NCBI GenBank assembly: GCA_963794615.1
Contig: CAWCEP010000010.1
Span: forward strand, 43,221-107,220
Reading direction: 5' to 3'
DNA from: an uncultured Acidimicrobiales bacterium
Lineage (GTDB): Bacteria; Actinomycetota; Acidimicrobiia; Acidimicrobiales; UBA8190
DNA: 64,000 nt
The translations under genes were made by a program, and so were the position numbers. The notes below the pieces were generated by a model. The model saw nothing but the letters and a program-made list of their open reading frames with translations, searched no databases and was not told the origin of the DNA. This document shows, piece by piece, positions 1-9,124 of the stretch. The first letter of the stretch is position 1, and each line of letters begins with the position of its first letter.

Positions 1-23
1 TTCTGCCGAGAGTTCAGAACAGG

Positions 24-596
24 GTGATGGGGGTCGAACGACTACACGAGGCGCGTACCCGCGTTTGTGAAGGACTGGAAGGCGCGGTGGTGGAAATCGG
101 GTTCGGTACCGGCCTAAATGCGTTCTATTACACGCCCAAGATCACGAAGCTCGTCGCCATCGAGCCGTCGAAGGTGTGTATGAAGATCGCAGAACCGCGT
201 ATCGCCAAGTCACCCATCCCAGTCGAGTATGGCGGCCTGACGGGCGAGCATCTCGACCTCCCGAGCGGGGAGTTCGACGCGGCGCTGTCGACGTGGACAC
301 TGTGCACGATCCCGAACATGAACGCCGCACTGGCAGAGGTCAGGCGCGTCCTGAAGCCGGGTGGCGTGTTCCATTTCGTCGAGCATGGTCACGCGCCTGA
401 CCCCTCGGTGGCCCGTTGGCAGGCCAGGATCGAACCACCCTGGAAGCACATAGCGGGCGGATGCCACATCACCCGGCGCATCGCCGAGGGCATCGGGCGT
501 GCCGGTTTCGATATCCAGAAGCTCGATACCTACTACTACAAGGGCGAGCCAAAGCCGATGGGTTACACCTACGAAGGCCGTGCGGTCAGCAGGTGA
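24..596 (+). CDS. class I SAM-dependent methyltransferase (Methyltransf_11-like); possibly 5'-partial
   Basis: The 190-aa ORF has SAM motif I 'VVEIGFGTGLN', plus 'KLVAIEPS' and 'LKPGGVFHFVEHGH'. The frame is open from nt 3, so the true start may lie upstream of the window. Confidence 0.8.
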   Translation: MMGVERLHEARTRVCEGLEGAVVEIGFGTGLNAFYYTPKITKLVAIEPSKVCMKIAEPRIAKSPIPVEYGGLTGEHLDLPSGEFDAALSTWTLCTIPNMNAALAEVRRVLKPGGVFHFVEHGHAPDPSVARWQARIEPPWKHIAGGCHITRRIAEGIGRAGFDIQKLDTYYYKGEPKPMGYTYEGRAVSR

Positions 597-662
597 TGGT
601 CACTGGCGGCTGAGGGTGGGGAAGCCACCGGGGCAGACGTCCCATGAGCGGTTCTCCCTCCC

Positions 663-891
663 TCACCAGTAGGTCGCGACGGGACGGATCTCGATCGTGC
701 CTCCGTGACGGGCGGCTGGGATCCGCGCTGCCAGGTCGATGGCAGCGTCGAGGTCGTCGGCCTCAAGGATGAGATAGCCGCCAACGCGTTCGCTCAGGTA
801 CGGACGCCCGGGTCACGGTCTTGCCATCTCGCACCTGCACGGTGGTGGCGTCCTGAGGCAGTCCAAGCGGCAGGCCGGGTCCCCTGAGCAT
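663..891 (-). pseudogene. YciI/DGPF-family protein remnant (frameshifted, N-terminal half missing)
   Basis: Minus-strand translation gives '...DATTVQVRDGKTV'. After a frame switch near nt 795-816 it continues 'PYLSERVGGYLILEADDLDAAIDLAARIPAARHGGTIEIRPVATYW*'. This matches the C-terminal half of YciI-like proteins. Confidence 0.55.
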
Positions 892-1021
892 TTTGGCCCT
901 TTGTGACAGCAACGCGAACAGACCCGTAGGTCTTGGCATCCCTCGCTGGGTTTGTGCTCAACTTTCGACGAACACCCGAACGGAGGTTCGCCTTCCTCCC
1001 CTGATGGGTAGGTGCCACGAC

Positions 1022-2056
1022 ATGAATATCTCTCGGATCGCCAAGCTAAGCGGAGTGATGGGCGTGGTGGCAACAGGGCTCCCGCTCACCCTCGGCGTAC
1101 TGGCCGCGTCCCCGTCGCCGGCATCAGCGTCTGGGGCGATATCCGCCGTCGACGTCACCGGGCCTCTACCCGCCGCGACTCTCGGTCGGAGGTACGAGGT
1201 CCGGCTCATCGGTGGAGGAGGCTCGTCGTACAGACTCGGCCAGCGCGGGGCGTTGCCAAAGGGCATCAGGCTGCATTCTGGCGGACTGCTGTCGGGGAAG
1301 CCAAAGAAGAAGGACCTTCCGGGGGAATATGCGTTCACGGTGCAAGACGGGTCGAACATCTTCTCTGAGACCCTGGCGTTGGTCACCGCGACTGGTGGGA
1401 ACTGCACTCATCCTGTTTGGTCGAGCAGTCAGTCCAAATGGACATATGACGTCAAAGTCAACGACGGTGAGTATTGGTCGGTAAATAACGATACCTGGAG
1501 TGGTTCACATGGACCGCAGACTATCCACGTCTGCAACCAGGCGAGCTGGTACGCCGTATCGGACCAGCCGAACAACGGGGGCGCGGTCGAGACGTACCCG
1601 GACACCGAGTACGACATCCGTGCCCGGAACAACCCGTCTACGAAACCTATTTCGCAGTACAACTCGATCAGTTCGACGTTCTCCGAGGATTACCCGTCCG
1701 CTGGCTCCTGGGACGCCGCCTATGACTTGTGGCTCAACAACTGGGGCATCGAGACAATGATCTGGAACCAGTGGTCGGGCACACAGGATTATTTGCCGGA
1801 CCAGGCGAAGATCTCACTTAGTTTGGGCGGCGTGCCCTACAAGTTCTACGACAACGGCGGCGAGCTGATGTTCTTCAGACAGAGTCAGGTGACTTCGGGT
1901 TCCGTGGACATCCTGGCCGCCTACGACTGGCTCGTGCAGAAGGGCTACATCAGTGCGAGCGACGCGCCAACCCAGCTGGAGTACGGCGTCGAGATCTGCT
2001 CGACCAACGGGAACGAGACGTTCCCCATGACCGGCCTTACATTCAAAACGAGCTAA
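1022..2056 (+). CDS. secreted GH12-like (concanavalin-fold) glycoside hydrolase with N-terminal Ig-like segment
   Basis: Signal peptide 'MNISRIAKLSGVMGVVATGLPLTLGVLAASPSPASA'. GH12-like motifs 'AAYDLWLNNWGIETMIWNQW' and 'LEYGVEICSTNG'. I took the start at the ATG at 1022 inside the longer track ORF 893..2056. Confidence 0.6.
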   Translation: MNISRIAKLSGVMGVVATGLPLTLGVLAASPSPASASGAISAVDVTGPLPAATLGRRYEVRLIGGGGSSYRLGQRGALPKGIRLHSGGLLSGKPKKKDLPGEYAFTVQDGSNIFSETLALVTATGGNCTHPVWSSSQSKWTYDVKVNDGEYWSVNNDTWSGSHGPQTIHVCNQASWYAVSDQPNNGGAVETYPDTEYDIRARNNPSTKPISQYNSISSTFSEDYPSAGSWDAAYDLWLNNWGIETMIWNQWSGTQDYLPDQAKISLSLGGVPYKFYDNGGELMFFRQSQVTSGSVDILAAYDWLVQKGYISASDAPTQLEYGVEICSTNGNETFPMTGLTFKTS

Positions 2057-2104
2057 ACGGCGATTGGCCCCGAGGGTCCCGTTTAGGTTGCATAGAGTCG
2101 GTCT

Positions 2105-2227
2105 GAACAGAAACCGCCGGCCCGAAGGTTGGCGGTTTCTTCATTTCGAGGGGTGGCGGAGAGTCAAAGACTCGTCGCCACATCCAACAATGGGCTCTCA
2201 TGAAGACTGCGGACTTCTTTGGGATGG
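2105..2227. repeat. direct repeat copy A (candidate distal att site of the ssrA-associated island)
   Basis: About 122 bp align with 37115-37236, with about a dozen mismatches and one gap. The shared core is 'gaacagaaaccgccggccc...ggcggtttcttcatttcgaggggtggcggagagtcaaagactc[g/a]tcgccac[a/c]tccaacaatggg'. Confidence 0.75.
2111..2145 (+). terminator. intrinsic terminator downstream of the GH12-like gene
   Basis: Hairpin 'aaaccgcc...ggcggttt' followed by the T-rich tract 'tttcttcattt'. It lies 55 nt after the stop at 2056. Confidence 0.65.
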
Positions 2228-2500
2228 TCACGAAACTTCCTGGCCATCCGGCCCAGGCGAGATGGATGTCTTTGGGACGCACCAAGTGCATTTTGGTCAC
2301 AAACAGCTCGAACACCTCTTGCGTCTCCCACACGTCGACCAAGCAGAGCCCATCTTCAGTCTTGGGCCGCCCAGCAAAACAGGACGCCAGTCGGGGTCGG
2401 GCCGCCGGTCAGGTAACCGAGATCCTCCTCGACAATGTCTTGGTAGTGTCTGAACGTGACGCCCCGGAAATCCGCTGGTACGGCGAGCGCCTCCGGAACT
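2228..2500 (-). pseudogene. frameshifted third paralogue of the ~100-aa ABM/Dabb-like family (see 2668..2967 and 17546..17845)
   Basis: The minus strand reads 'VPADFRGVTFRHYQDIVEEDLGYLTGGPTPTGVLFCWAAQ'. After a frame switch near nt 2355-2365 it continues 'EDGLCLVDVWETQEVFELF'. This is colinear with 'IDVPGVTIQQYD...GGLFHWVAKTDTGIRIVNVWASRDLFDEF'. No start codon is recognisable. Confidence 0.45.
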
Positions 2501-2667
2501 TCCGAACCCCACCGGTCGACTCGGAGCCAGCATCGCGCCAACGACCTGGTCCGTCGATTGGGACCAGGGTGGGAATCCCAGAAGCGAACCTGCCAAGAGG
2601 CTGCACTCCCGGGCGGAGCAGTTTCGGACGGTCCGGTCGTGCCCTGGCCATCCCGGCGGGAGTTCTG

Positions 2668-2967
2668 ATGGCAGTTGCAGTTCAGATCGACGTACCGGGT
2701 GTCACGATCCAACAGTACGACCTTGCCATCGAAGTCGCCGGGTTCTTGCGCGGGGGACCACTACCAGTCGGCGGACTGTTTCATTGGGTTGCCAAGACGG
2801 ACACGGGCATCCGCATCGTCAACGTGTGGGCCTCACGCGATCTATTCGATGAGTTCGCCGAGACGCAAGCCGCCATCATCGAGGAGATCGGGGTGGATCC
2901 GACATCCCTCGCGGTCCAGTTCTTGGATGTGCACAACTACCTTCGTGGTACTAACTGGCGGGACTAA
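2668..2967 (+). CDS. small (~99 aa) ABM/Dabb-like hypothetical protein, paralogue family member 1
   Basis: ATG at 2668 preceded by 'gggag'. 'MAVAVQIDVPGVTIQQYDLAIEVAGFLRGGPLPVGGLFHWVAKTDTGIRIVNVWASRDLFDEF' is colinear with the protein at 17546..17845. The long N-terminal extension of track ORF 2200..2967 is Arg/Pro/Ser-rich and implausible. Confidence 0.65.
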   Translation: MAVAVQIDVPGVTIQQYDLAIEVAGFLRGGPLPVGGLFHWVAKTDTGIRIVNVWASRDLFDEFAETQAAIIEEIGVDPTSLAVQFLDVHNYLRGTNWRD

Positions 2968-2971
2968 TAGG

Positions 2972-3697
2972 ATGCTTTCCGACACGCCGCGAACGCCTCA
3001 ACCTTCCCTGACTGAGGAGCACAGCCAGCTCACTCAGTCGCGGATCCGACAGGCAGCCATGCAGGTAGTCGCCCGCCGTGGGTTCGAAGCAACGGTCCTC
3101 GAGATTGCTGAGTTATCGGGCGTGAGCCCCCGGACCATCTTCCGCCGTTACAAGAGCCAGAGCGCCCTGATCGCGGCCACGCTACAGGACATGTTCGAGG
3201 CGGGGAACCGGCCGATCGACGGCCTGCCGCAACCCAGTGACGACCTCGACGGTTGGTTAGGGGTGTTGACGTTGACGCTGCACACGAGAGGCGTCCAGAT
3301 CTTCGGCGTGGTGATCTGGGACTTGCTGCAAGGGCCCGGGGCCGCTCTCCCTGCGGCGATTTCGGAGATCATCGAGGCCCAGGTCGTGTTCCGACGCCAC
3401 GCGGTCCAGCACTTCACCGAGGTCGCCTGGCAGGCCGCTGGAGGGAAAGGTCAAGCTCCCGACTCGCTGGCGTCGGAATTCACCGTGCAACTGTCGCCGT
3501 TTACGACCAGGACGCTAATGCTCGAGCGGGATCAAACCCCTGCCCAGATCGCTGCCCTGAGCGCCGATGTCCTGAAGACTCTCCTCGAGCGCGCCGTGGA
3601 CGAACGGAACCAGGCGCATCCCGATATCTCTGGCGCCGCGAGTGCAGGCGAGACCGAGAACCGAGCGGCCGCCGACAGAGGTCGAAAAGCCCATTGA
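2972..3697 (+). CDS. TetR/AcrR-family transcriptional regulator
   Basis: The N-terminal HTH 'IRQAAMQVVARRGFEATVLEIAELSGVSPRTIFRRYKSQSAL' is typical of TetR_N. The start is the ATG at 2972, in frame within track ORF 2675..3697. Confidence 0.85.
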   Translation: MLSDTPRTPQPSLTEEHSQLTQSRIRQAAMQVVARRGFEATVLEIAELSGVSPRTIFRRYKSQSALIAATLQDMFEAGNRPIDGLPQPSDDLDGWLGVLTLTLHTRGVQIFGVVIWDLLQGPGAALPAAISEIIEAQVVFRRHAVQHFTEVAWQAAGGKGQAPDSLASEFTVQLSPFTTRTLMLERDQTPAQIAALSADVLKTLLERAVDERNQAHPDISGAASAGETENRAAADRGRKAH

Positions 3698-3704
3698 GCG
3701 GGCG

Positions 3705-4409
3705 ATGACGGCTCCACTTGAACAACCGATATGCCCCGACGTAGTGTCGCTGCCGACATTGGCGCCCCGATGGGGGTGGCAAAGGCCAAGGATTGGTGCA
3801 GTAGCGACTCGGGACCCTGTGCGCCATGCCGATTCGGACCGGCGTAGTCTTGGCTCGGTGGACCATGAAACTTGTGGCGCGTGTGGCTTTGACGGAGCCA
3901 GCTATGACGACATTGCCTTGCTTGGGGCGCTCCGCAGTTTGGGATCGACTTGGCGTGCGCTCATCGACACCTGCGGTGGGGCACTTCGGGTTCGTCCCGA
4001 GCCCGAGGTCTGGAGTGCGCTCGAGTACGTAGCGCACAGCCGAGATGTCACCGCCTTACACGCCTTCGGGGTCGAACAAGCTCTGACCGCTGAGGAGCCG
4101 AGATTTCCAGCTGTAGAGGGTGAGGCGTTGATCCAGTCTGGGGCGATGTCGTATCGCGACGCCGACCCGGATCAGGTCGTCGATACGTTGGAGGGCGAAG
4201 CGACCCGTCTGGCTCTGCTCGCCGACGACGCGGGGACTCAGACTTGGTCGCGTGGACTGACGATTGGTGGGTCACGTATGGACGTGCGCCGACTCCTGGA
4301 ACACGCGCTCCATGATTCCCTTCATCATCTCATCGACGTGGAGGAAGGTCTGAGCGTGATTCACGCCCGACGACAGGCGGACGCGAAATCAGCCGACACC
4401 CCATCCTGA
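3705..4409 (+). CDS. DinB-fold protein (DinB_2 / mycothiol-maleylpyruvate-isomerase N-terminal-like)
   Basis: 'WSALEYVAHSRDVTALH' and the C-terminal 'LLEHALHDSLHHLIDV' are His-rich four-helix-bundle motifs. The start is uncertain: ATG 3705 or GTG 3858. Confidence 0.6.
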   Translation: MTAPLEQPICPDVVSLPTLAPRWGWQRPRIGAVATRDPVRHADSDRRSLGSVDHETCGACGFDGASYDDIALLGALRSLGSTWRALIDTCGGALRVRPEPEVWSALEYVAHSRDVTALHAFGVEQALTAEEPRFPAVEGEALIQSGAMSYRDADPDQVVDTLEGEATRLALLADDAGTQTWSRGLTIGGSRMDVRRLLEHALHDSLHHLIDVEEGLSVIHARRQADAKSADTPS

Positions 4410-4602
4410 ACGTGCCGGTTGCGATCGGCTCCCTTGCCAGAGTCGAGGTTCAGTCGGGACAACCGCGCAAAATCGTGACTCCCGTTCTCCACGGGACGAT
4501 CTGGGCGCCCGAGTCAGGGCAATCCCGACCCGCTGGCCCTCTCAGGCCATCACGGTCCCGGCAGTAGAGCCGCTCGTCGAACGGGCATTGCACCGTTCCC
4601 AA

Positions 4603-5136
4603 TCAGCGCTCCGCGACAATGGGAGCGACGTACCTTGCTGCCGTAGCCTCCTCGGAACTCTCTCCGGGCAATGCCTCCAGGGCGAACTCGACCGAGTCGA
4701 GAAGCGTTCGGTTCGTCACGGGCATCCGGGTGGCCCCCCAGCGGCCCTCGAACAGGGGTGCAAAGCGTGCAAGTTCCTCCGCCGGAGCCTCGATGATAAA
4801 CGGGGTCTCGGGGTGAAGGTACCGGAGCCCGGCGACGACCTCCCGCGAAGGCTTGTCGTCAAGATCGAGCGAGGTCACCACCACGTCGGCATAGCAGACG
4901 AGATCGCAAAGCCCACAGGCAACGAGCGGACACCGTCGTGGTCGTGAGCCTGCGGGCCCAGGGCACCATGACACCTCATACCCGTGCTCCTCAAGAAGAC
5001 GCCACGACGCGTAGGCCTCGACGACGTCGGGTTCTTCGATGAGTACACGGGGTCGGGTGTGTCCAGGTCCGATGGCGCCACCTCGTGGCTGCCAACGACG
5101 AGCCCAATCCCTTCCCAGCCACCTGTGATTCCACAT
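4603..5136 (-). CDS. receiver-like (CheY-fold-like) domain protein with degenerate acidic pocket
   Basis: 'RVLIEEPDVVEAYASWRLLEEHGYEVSWC...ADVVVTSLDLDDKPSREVVAGLRYLHPETPFIIEAP' follows the beta-alpha pattern of REC domains. Only the C-terminal ~177 aa of track ORF 4603..5679 look protein-like. Confidence 0.45.
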   Translation of the reverse strand: MWNHRWLGRDWARRWQPRGGAIGPGHTRPRVLIEEPDVVEAYASWRLLEEHGYEVSWCPGPAGSRPRRCPLVACGLCDLVCYADVVVTSLDLDDKPSREVVAGLRYLHPETPFIIEAPAEELARFAPLFEGRWGATRMPVTNRTLLDSVEFALEALPGESSEEATAARYVAPIVAER

Positions 5137-5467
5137 TGCCACCCTCCTTGCCCAACCTGACTGAGTTCCCCCTGGCAGCATCAACCCGGAACCTGGCAGA
5201 AAGTAGAGGCTTTCGTCCCAGTCTCCCGATCGACTCGATGCCTCGACACGCGGAGCGCGGCACCCCCATGATCCCGCAAGACAGATCGCCGAATGAGGTC
5301 TGTAGAGGTCAACCGCGATGTTCTTCTTGGTGGCGCTGTGGCTCTCTGGCACACCTGTCGTCCAAAGACTCGTACGGGTTAGTCCCGGTCGGGTTGAAAG
5401 AGCGACGGGGTGCAGATCCGCTGTCGAACGCCCCGCCAAGGCCGTTCGATGGATCGCCTGCACCCCG

Positions 5468-5722
5468 TCAGCCGAATCCCCTGGGCGCGAAGGGGGCGTG
5501 TCCAGGAGACGGCCAAGGATCAAGGGATGCCCCGACGAGCATCCTGTTGTGCCAATCACGCTCCTCATTCTCGGTGAGTTCGTCGAGATAACGAAATGCG
5601 CTGACAGCGCCCGTGTAGCGAGCAACGATGCCCTCTCTGCGCAGTCCGGCGTCGGGGAGACCAAGCGCTGCCCGGGCATCGGCCAGCGCCTCGGCCAGAT
5701 ACCACTGGCCCTCTTGCTTCAT
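5468..5722 (-). CDS. hypothetical protein
   Basis: ORF starting 'MKQEGQWYLAEALADARAALGL...YLDELTENEERDWHNRML'. The composition is balanced and I recognise no family. Confidence 0.3.
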   Translation of the reverse strand: MKQEGQWYLAEALADARAALGLPDAGLRREGIVARYTGAVSAFRYLDELTENEERDWHNRMLVGASLDPWPSPGHAPFAPRGFG

Positions 5723-5739
5723 GCAGACAAGGTTATGAC

Positions 5740-6174
5740 TTGCACATGGTTCGGATCTGGGCGGACGAGGACCGGCGTTCCAGACCACGCACTAACAGCG
5801 ATCCGTGCCTCATACCGGCTCCGACCCCTGCCCAAGTCCGTGTGATCGCGAGTGGCCTGAGGATGGGGAGGGCTCGCCTCGTCCTGAAAGGTGCCATCAG
5901 ACCCTGGTGCAGAGGCGTCTTGAGCTTCATCGTAAGCAATGTGTCCCTGGGAGCCCAGATCGAGAGCATCGCTTGCCGTCTCGCTGAAGGCGACGACAGT
6001 CGCCTGACGTGGTTCGTGATCACCGACACCGACGGCATGGAGGAGCACCGCCAAGGGACGCTCTTGGACGCAAGTACGCTGGCACGGGAGCATGGCCTGG
6101 CGATCGTCCCAACGTTGGGCGGATGGTTCCGATGGATGCGAGATGCAGGCACCTGGTGGGTGCCAGAGCCATAG
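5740..6174 (+). CDS. hypothetical protein
   Basis: The C-terminal two thirds look protein-like ('VSLGAQIESIACRLAEGDDSRLTWFVITDTDGMEEHRQGTLLDASTLAREHGLAIVPTLGGWFRW') and have G/C-rich third codon positions. Competing antisense ORFs look worse. The start is uncertain. Confidence 0.3.
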   Translation: MHMVRIWADEDRRSRPRTNSDPCLIPAPTPAQVRVIASGLRMGRARLVLKGAIRPWCRGVLSFIVSNVSLGAQIESIACRLAEGDDSRLTWFVITDTDGMEEHRQGTLLDASTLAREHGLAIVPTLGGWFRWMRDAGTWWVPEP

Positions 6175-6227
6175 GCCGTTCATTTGCGGGCGACCATCTT
6201 GTCGCTTCATTGCGCCACAATGTCTGT

Positions 6228-6710
6228 ATGCCCATCCCAGCAGACCCCGTTGGCTCCAACGACGTAGCTTCCACAGTGCTCATATTCTTCAGGCAAGTCC
6301 ATGACCAGATCAGAGAGGAGATCGAGGGTCTCGATGATCCCGGTCTAAACTGGACGCCGGACCCTGGGGCAAACAGTGTTGCCACGATAATCACTCATAT
6401 AGTCGGGTCCGAAGCCGAGACGCTCCGAACGGTGGCGGGCATTGCCGATCACCGAGACCGTGAGGCCGAGTTCCTTCACCCATTGCGATCGTTGGCGCAG
6501 GCCTCCTACGCCCTTCATCAGGCCGACGGCTTGATCACCGAGATCGGACCGCAGATCAACAGTCGTCGTCTCCGTGCTCGTGTGTCCCTGCCGACGCTCC
6601 CTCCCGGCGAGCGACGTTCCGGGCTCACTTGGCTGGTCGGCAACTACGGACATGCCCGAGAGCATGTCGGCCAGATCCAGCTAACAAAGCAGCTATACGC
6701 CTCGGCATGA
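6228..6710 (+). CDS. DinB-fold protein (DinB_2-like)
   Basis: 'ATIITHIVGSEAETL' and 'GNYGHAREHVGQIQL' are conserved His motifs. ATG at 6228, in frame within track ORF 6009..6710. Confidence 0.7.
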   Translation: MPIPADPVGSNDVASTVLIFFRQVHDQIREEIEGLDDPGLNWTPDPGANSVATIITHIVGSEAETLRTVAGIADHRDREAEFLHPLRSLAQASYALHQADGLITEIGPQINSRRLRARVSLPTLPPGERRSGLTWLVGNYGHAREHVGQIQLTKQLYASA

Positions 6711-6914
6711 CCTCTCAGAAGGTGCCCCGCGTTGCTCTCTGACGACGACGGTTTGGGTCGCAGGTTCGGGGACTCGAGGCGCCAACGGCGCTTCACTTAG
6801 CCGGCCGTGACCGGGAGGCCCGACTCCCAGCTGTCCCTTCTTGTTGCTCTGCGTTGAGTACGTGGCTCTTCTTCCGCATGAAGTGGCGGGCCACCGTGGT
6901 CAGCGCGGTGGGAG

Positions 6915-7814
6915 TCAGGCTGGAGTCGGTGTATTCGCAAGGATGCGGTTGAGAGTGCGATGACCCATGGTGCTCATCGGAGGGTTGGTCTGTGCGTAGT
7001 ACCAGATGGCTCCCATCGACTGTTCAAACGCCCACGCCTTGCTGCGTTCCCACTCCAACTCGTCGGGCGAGAGATCCTCTTTGAAGACTGCCCGCGGTTC
7101 GTCGTCGAGGAGGTGCCAGCCGGCAATGAGGTCCAACGCGGGGTCAGCCGGACCGAAGCCGCCGCAGTCAAGAAGTCCGGTCAACCTGGCCTCGGTCACG
7201 AGAACGTTGCTCGGCGTGAGGTCGCCGTGCGACATAACATCGGGCGAGGTGCGTGGCAACCCAACGAAATAGCCCCACAACGCGGCCAGTCTCGGCACGT
7301 CAAGGAACTGTCCACTCTTGTGCAGACTTAGTTGTACCCATTCGTCGTGGGTGCGCAGGTCACCGCCCCTCCAACCACGTTCAAAGCGACGCCCTCCTTT
7401 ATCCACTCGTCGGAGGGCGGCGATCAGGGTCGCAAGATCATGAGCGAATAAAGTGCTTCCGGAGGCAGCTCCATTCTCGGCGACAGTTCCGGGTAGCCAG
7501 GACTGAACCGACCAAGGCAATGGGTACCCTTCTCCAGGCTTACCGATGGCCACCGGAGTAGGACCGGGAAACGGCGAATGTCGGTTGAACTCGGCGCTGG
7601 CTTTGGCCTCGATCTCCAGGATCTGTCGCTCTGACCCCGGGTTGCGTGGCCGAAGTGGGAAGCGGGCGGCCAGCTCGTCGCCGATTCTGAAGATGGCGTT
7701 GACAGTGCCGCTCGACCTGATGCGACGGAGTGGTAGGTCCGCCCACTCGGGGAATTGGGTCGCCACCAGCTGTTGAGCGCCCTGGTCGGAGATCTGGATC
7801 TCATCATCGTGCAT
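6915..7814 (-). CDS. aminoglycoside/small-molecule phosphotransferase (APH family kinase)
   Basis: Catalytic loop 'MSHGDLTPSNVLV' and metal-binding 'LLDCGGFGPADPALDL'. The N-terminal 'GTVNAIFRIGDELAARFP' is nucleotide-lobe-like. Confidence 0.8.
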   Translation of the reverse strand: MHDDEIQISDQGAQQLVATQFPEWADLPLRRIRSSGTVNAIFRIGDELAARFPLRPRNPGSERQILEIEAKASAEFNRHSPFPGPTPVAIGKPGEGYPLPWSVQSWLPGTVAENGAASGSTLFAHDLATLIAALRRVDKGGRRFERGWRGGDLRTHDEWVQLSLHKSGQFLDVPRLAALWGYFVGLPRTSPDVMSHGDLTPSNVLVTEARLTGLLDCGGFGPADPALDLIAGWHLLDDEPRAVFKEDLSPDELEWERSKAWAFEQSMGAIWYYAQTNPPMSTMGHRTLNRILANTPTPA

Positions 7815-8259
7815 CGTCACCACGAGAGATTGTTGCAGGCATTCCGTGTCGGAGTCCGCGTCTTGGGATGGCCGGACAATGCATTTCGGACCGACAAATC
7901 GCCGAACACTCAATCTGCGAGACAGTCCGGACTGAGTTCGATGCCATCACTTTCTTTTGTCAGGCCCGCATTCGTTCATGGGCGAATCCGGTCCCGCGAT
8001 CCGACCTTCCAGCAAATGGGGGAAGCAATACAGCGGGACGGTGGCGTTGGCACCCGTGTCAGGCAACTTGACGCAAAGTGTCCAGCCCTCGGACTCTGAC
8101 TCCGTTGACGCTCACAATGCCGATCCGGACCGGGTGTGTGGGGCAGCGGTCCGTCGACCGGGATGGGGTTCTTGCGACCGGGCCGATGGGTGGGCACCTT
8201 TGCCGGTCAGGGCACCTGGGAACGGCTCCCGCACGGCTTCCGTGCCAGGATTGGATTCC

Positions 8260-8748
8260 ATGGACCCCGAAACACAGGTATTGCTTGACTGCCTTGAAAG
8301 CCAACGTGGCCACGTCCTTGGGATCTTGGACGGACTTACGGACGAGGAACTCCAACGGGCAATGTTGCCAAGTGGTTGGGCCATCCTCGGTCTGGTCAAC
8401 CATCTTGCCCTTGATGTGGAGCGGTTCTGGTTCCGTGAAGTCGTGGCTGGTGAGAGGCTGCCCGAAGGTACCAGTGGCTCCGTTTCTGCGTGGAGAGTTT
8501 CCCCAGAAACACCGGCAGCATCCGTTCTTGATTCCTACCGCCAGGAGATTCAACGAGCCAACGTCATTGTTGCGTCCACACCCCTGGGCGCCGAGCCCAG
8601 TATGTGGCCTGACTTCTTCGGCGAGTGGAGGCTGGCAGACCTGCGGGCCGTTTTGTTGCACGTAATCGCTGAGACCGCTTGTCACGCCGGTCACCTCGAT
8701 GCTGCCCGCGAACTCATTGACGGACGCACCTGGCTCAAGCTCACCTAG
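8260..8748 (+). CDS. DinB-fold protein (DUF664 / mycothiol-transferase-like)
   Basis: 'LGLVNHLALDVERFWF' and 'LLHVIAETACHAGHLDAARELIDG' are characteristic of DUF664/DinB. ATG at 8260 within track ORF 7957..8748. Confidence 0.75.
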   Translation: MDPETQVLLDCLESQRGHVLGILDGLTDEELQRAMLPSGWAILGLVNHLALDVERFWFREVVAGERLPEGTSGSVSAWRVSPETPAASVLDSYRQEIQRANVIVASTPLGAEPSMWPDFFGEWRLADLRAVLLHVIAETACHAGHLDAARELIDGRTWLKLT

Positions 8749-8836
8749 CCCAGCGCGCCATGCCGATGCCGTTCCCGACTGGGTCGGACCTTGTACCGCC
8801 GCCAGGGACACCCTGACCCGGCACTTCCGGACGGTG

Positions 8837-9124
8837 TCAGGCGGTGTGTTTGCCGACAGGGAACCGGTGTTCCCGACGGCCAAACAGCACGACCGTCCAG
8901 AGTGTCAGGACGGCAACGAGAGGGAGCGAAACGGGCACCAGTGCGATCACGCCGTAATGCTCGACCGCCGTTTGGTGAACGAGTACGAGACTCAGTCCGT
9001 TGATCGTCTGGGTGTACGCACGGATGTACGCCGCAGCGACAACGAGGCCAAGGCTTCCAAGCGCGGCTAGGGACAGGCCGACGAGCGCCAGCGGACTTGA
9101 TCGTTGGAAGCGACCTGAATCCAC
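8837..9124 (-). CDS. small integral membrane protein (about 3 TM)
   Basis: 95 aa with three hydrophobic segments ('LALVGLSLAALGSLGLVVAAAYI', 'VIALVPVSLPLVAVLTLWTVVLF'). Confidence 0.45.
   Translation of the reverse strand: MDSGRFQRSSPLALVGLSLAALGSLGLVVAAAYIRAYTQTINGLSLVLVHQTAVEHYGVIALVPVSLPLVAVLTLWTVVLFGRREHRFPVGKHTA

Noticed and set aside
2200-3697. Track ORFs 2200..2967 (255 aa) and 2675..3697 (340 aa) as full-length genes
   Set aside because: Their N-terminal extensions overlap each other and the pseudogene on the opposite strand, and they are low-complexity. Internal ATGs with Shine-Dalgarno-like sequences (2668 and 2972) give products matching the paralogue length and the TetR family length.
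4603-5679. Full-length 358-aa ORF as a single gene
   Set aside because: The N-terminal ~180 aa are compositionally implausible (Ser/Arg/Pro/Thr-rich). They also overlap another candidate ORF (5468..5722) in a different frame. Only the receiver-like C-terminal part was kept.
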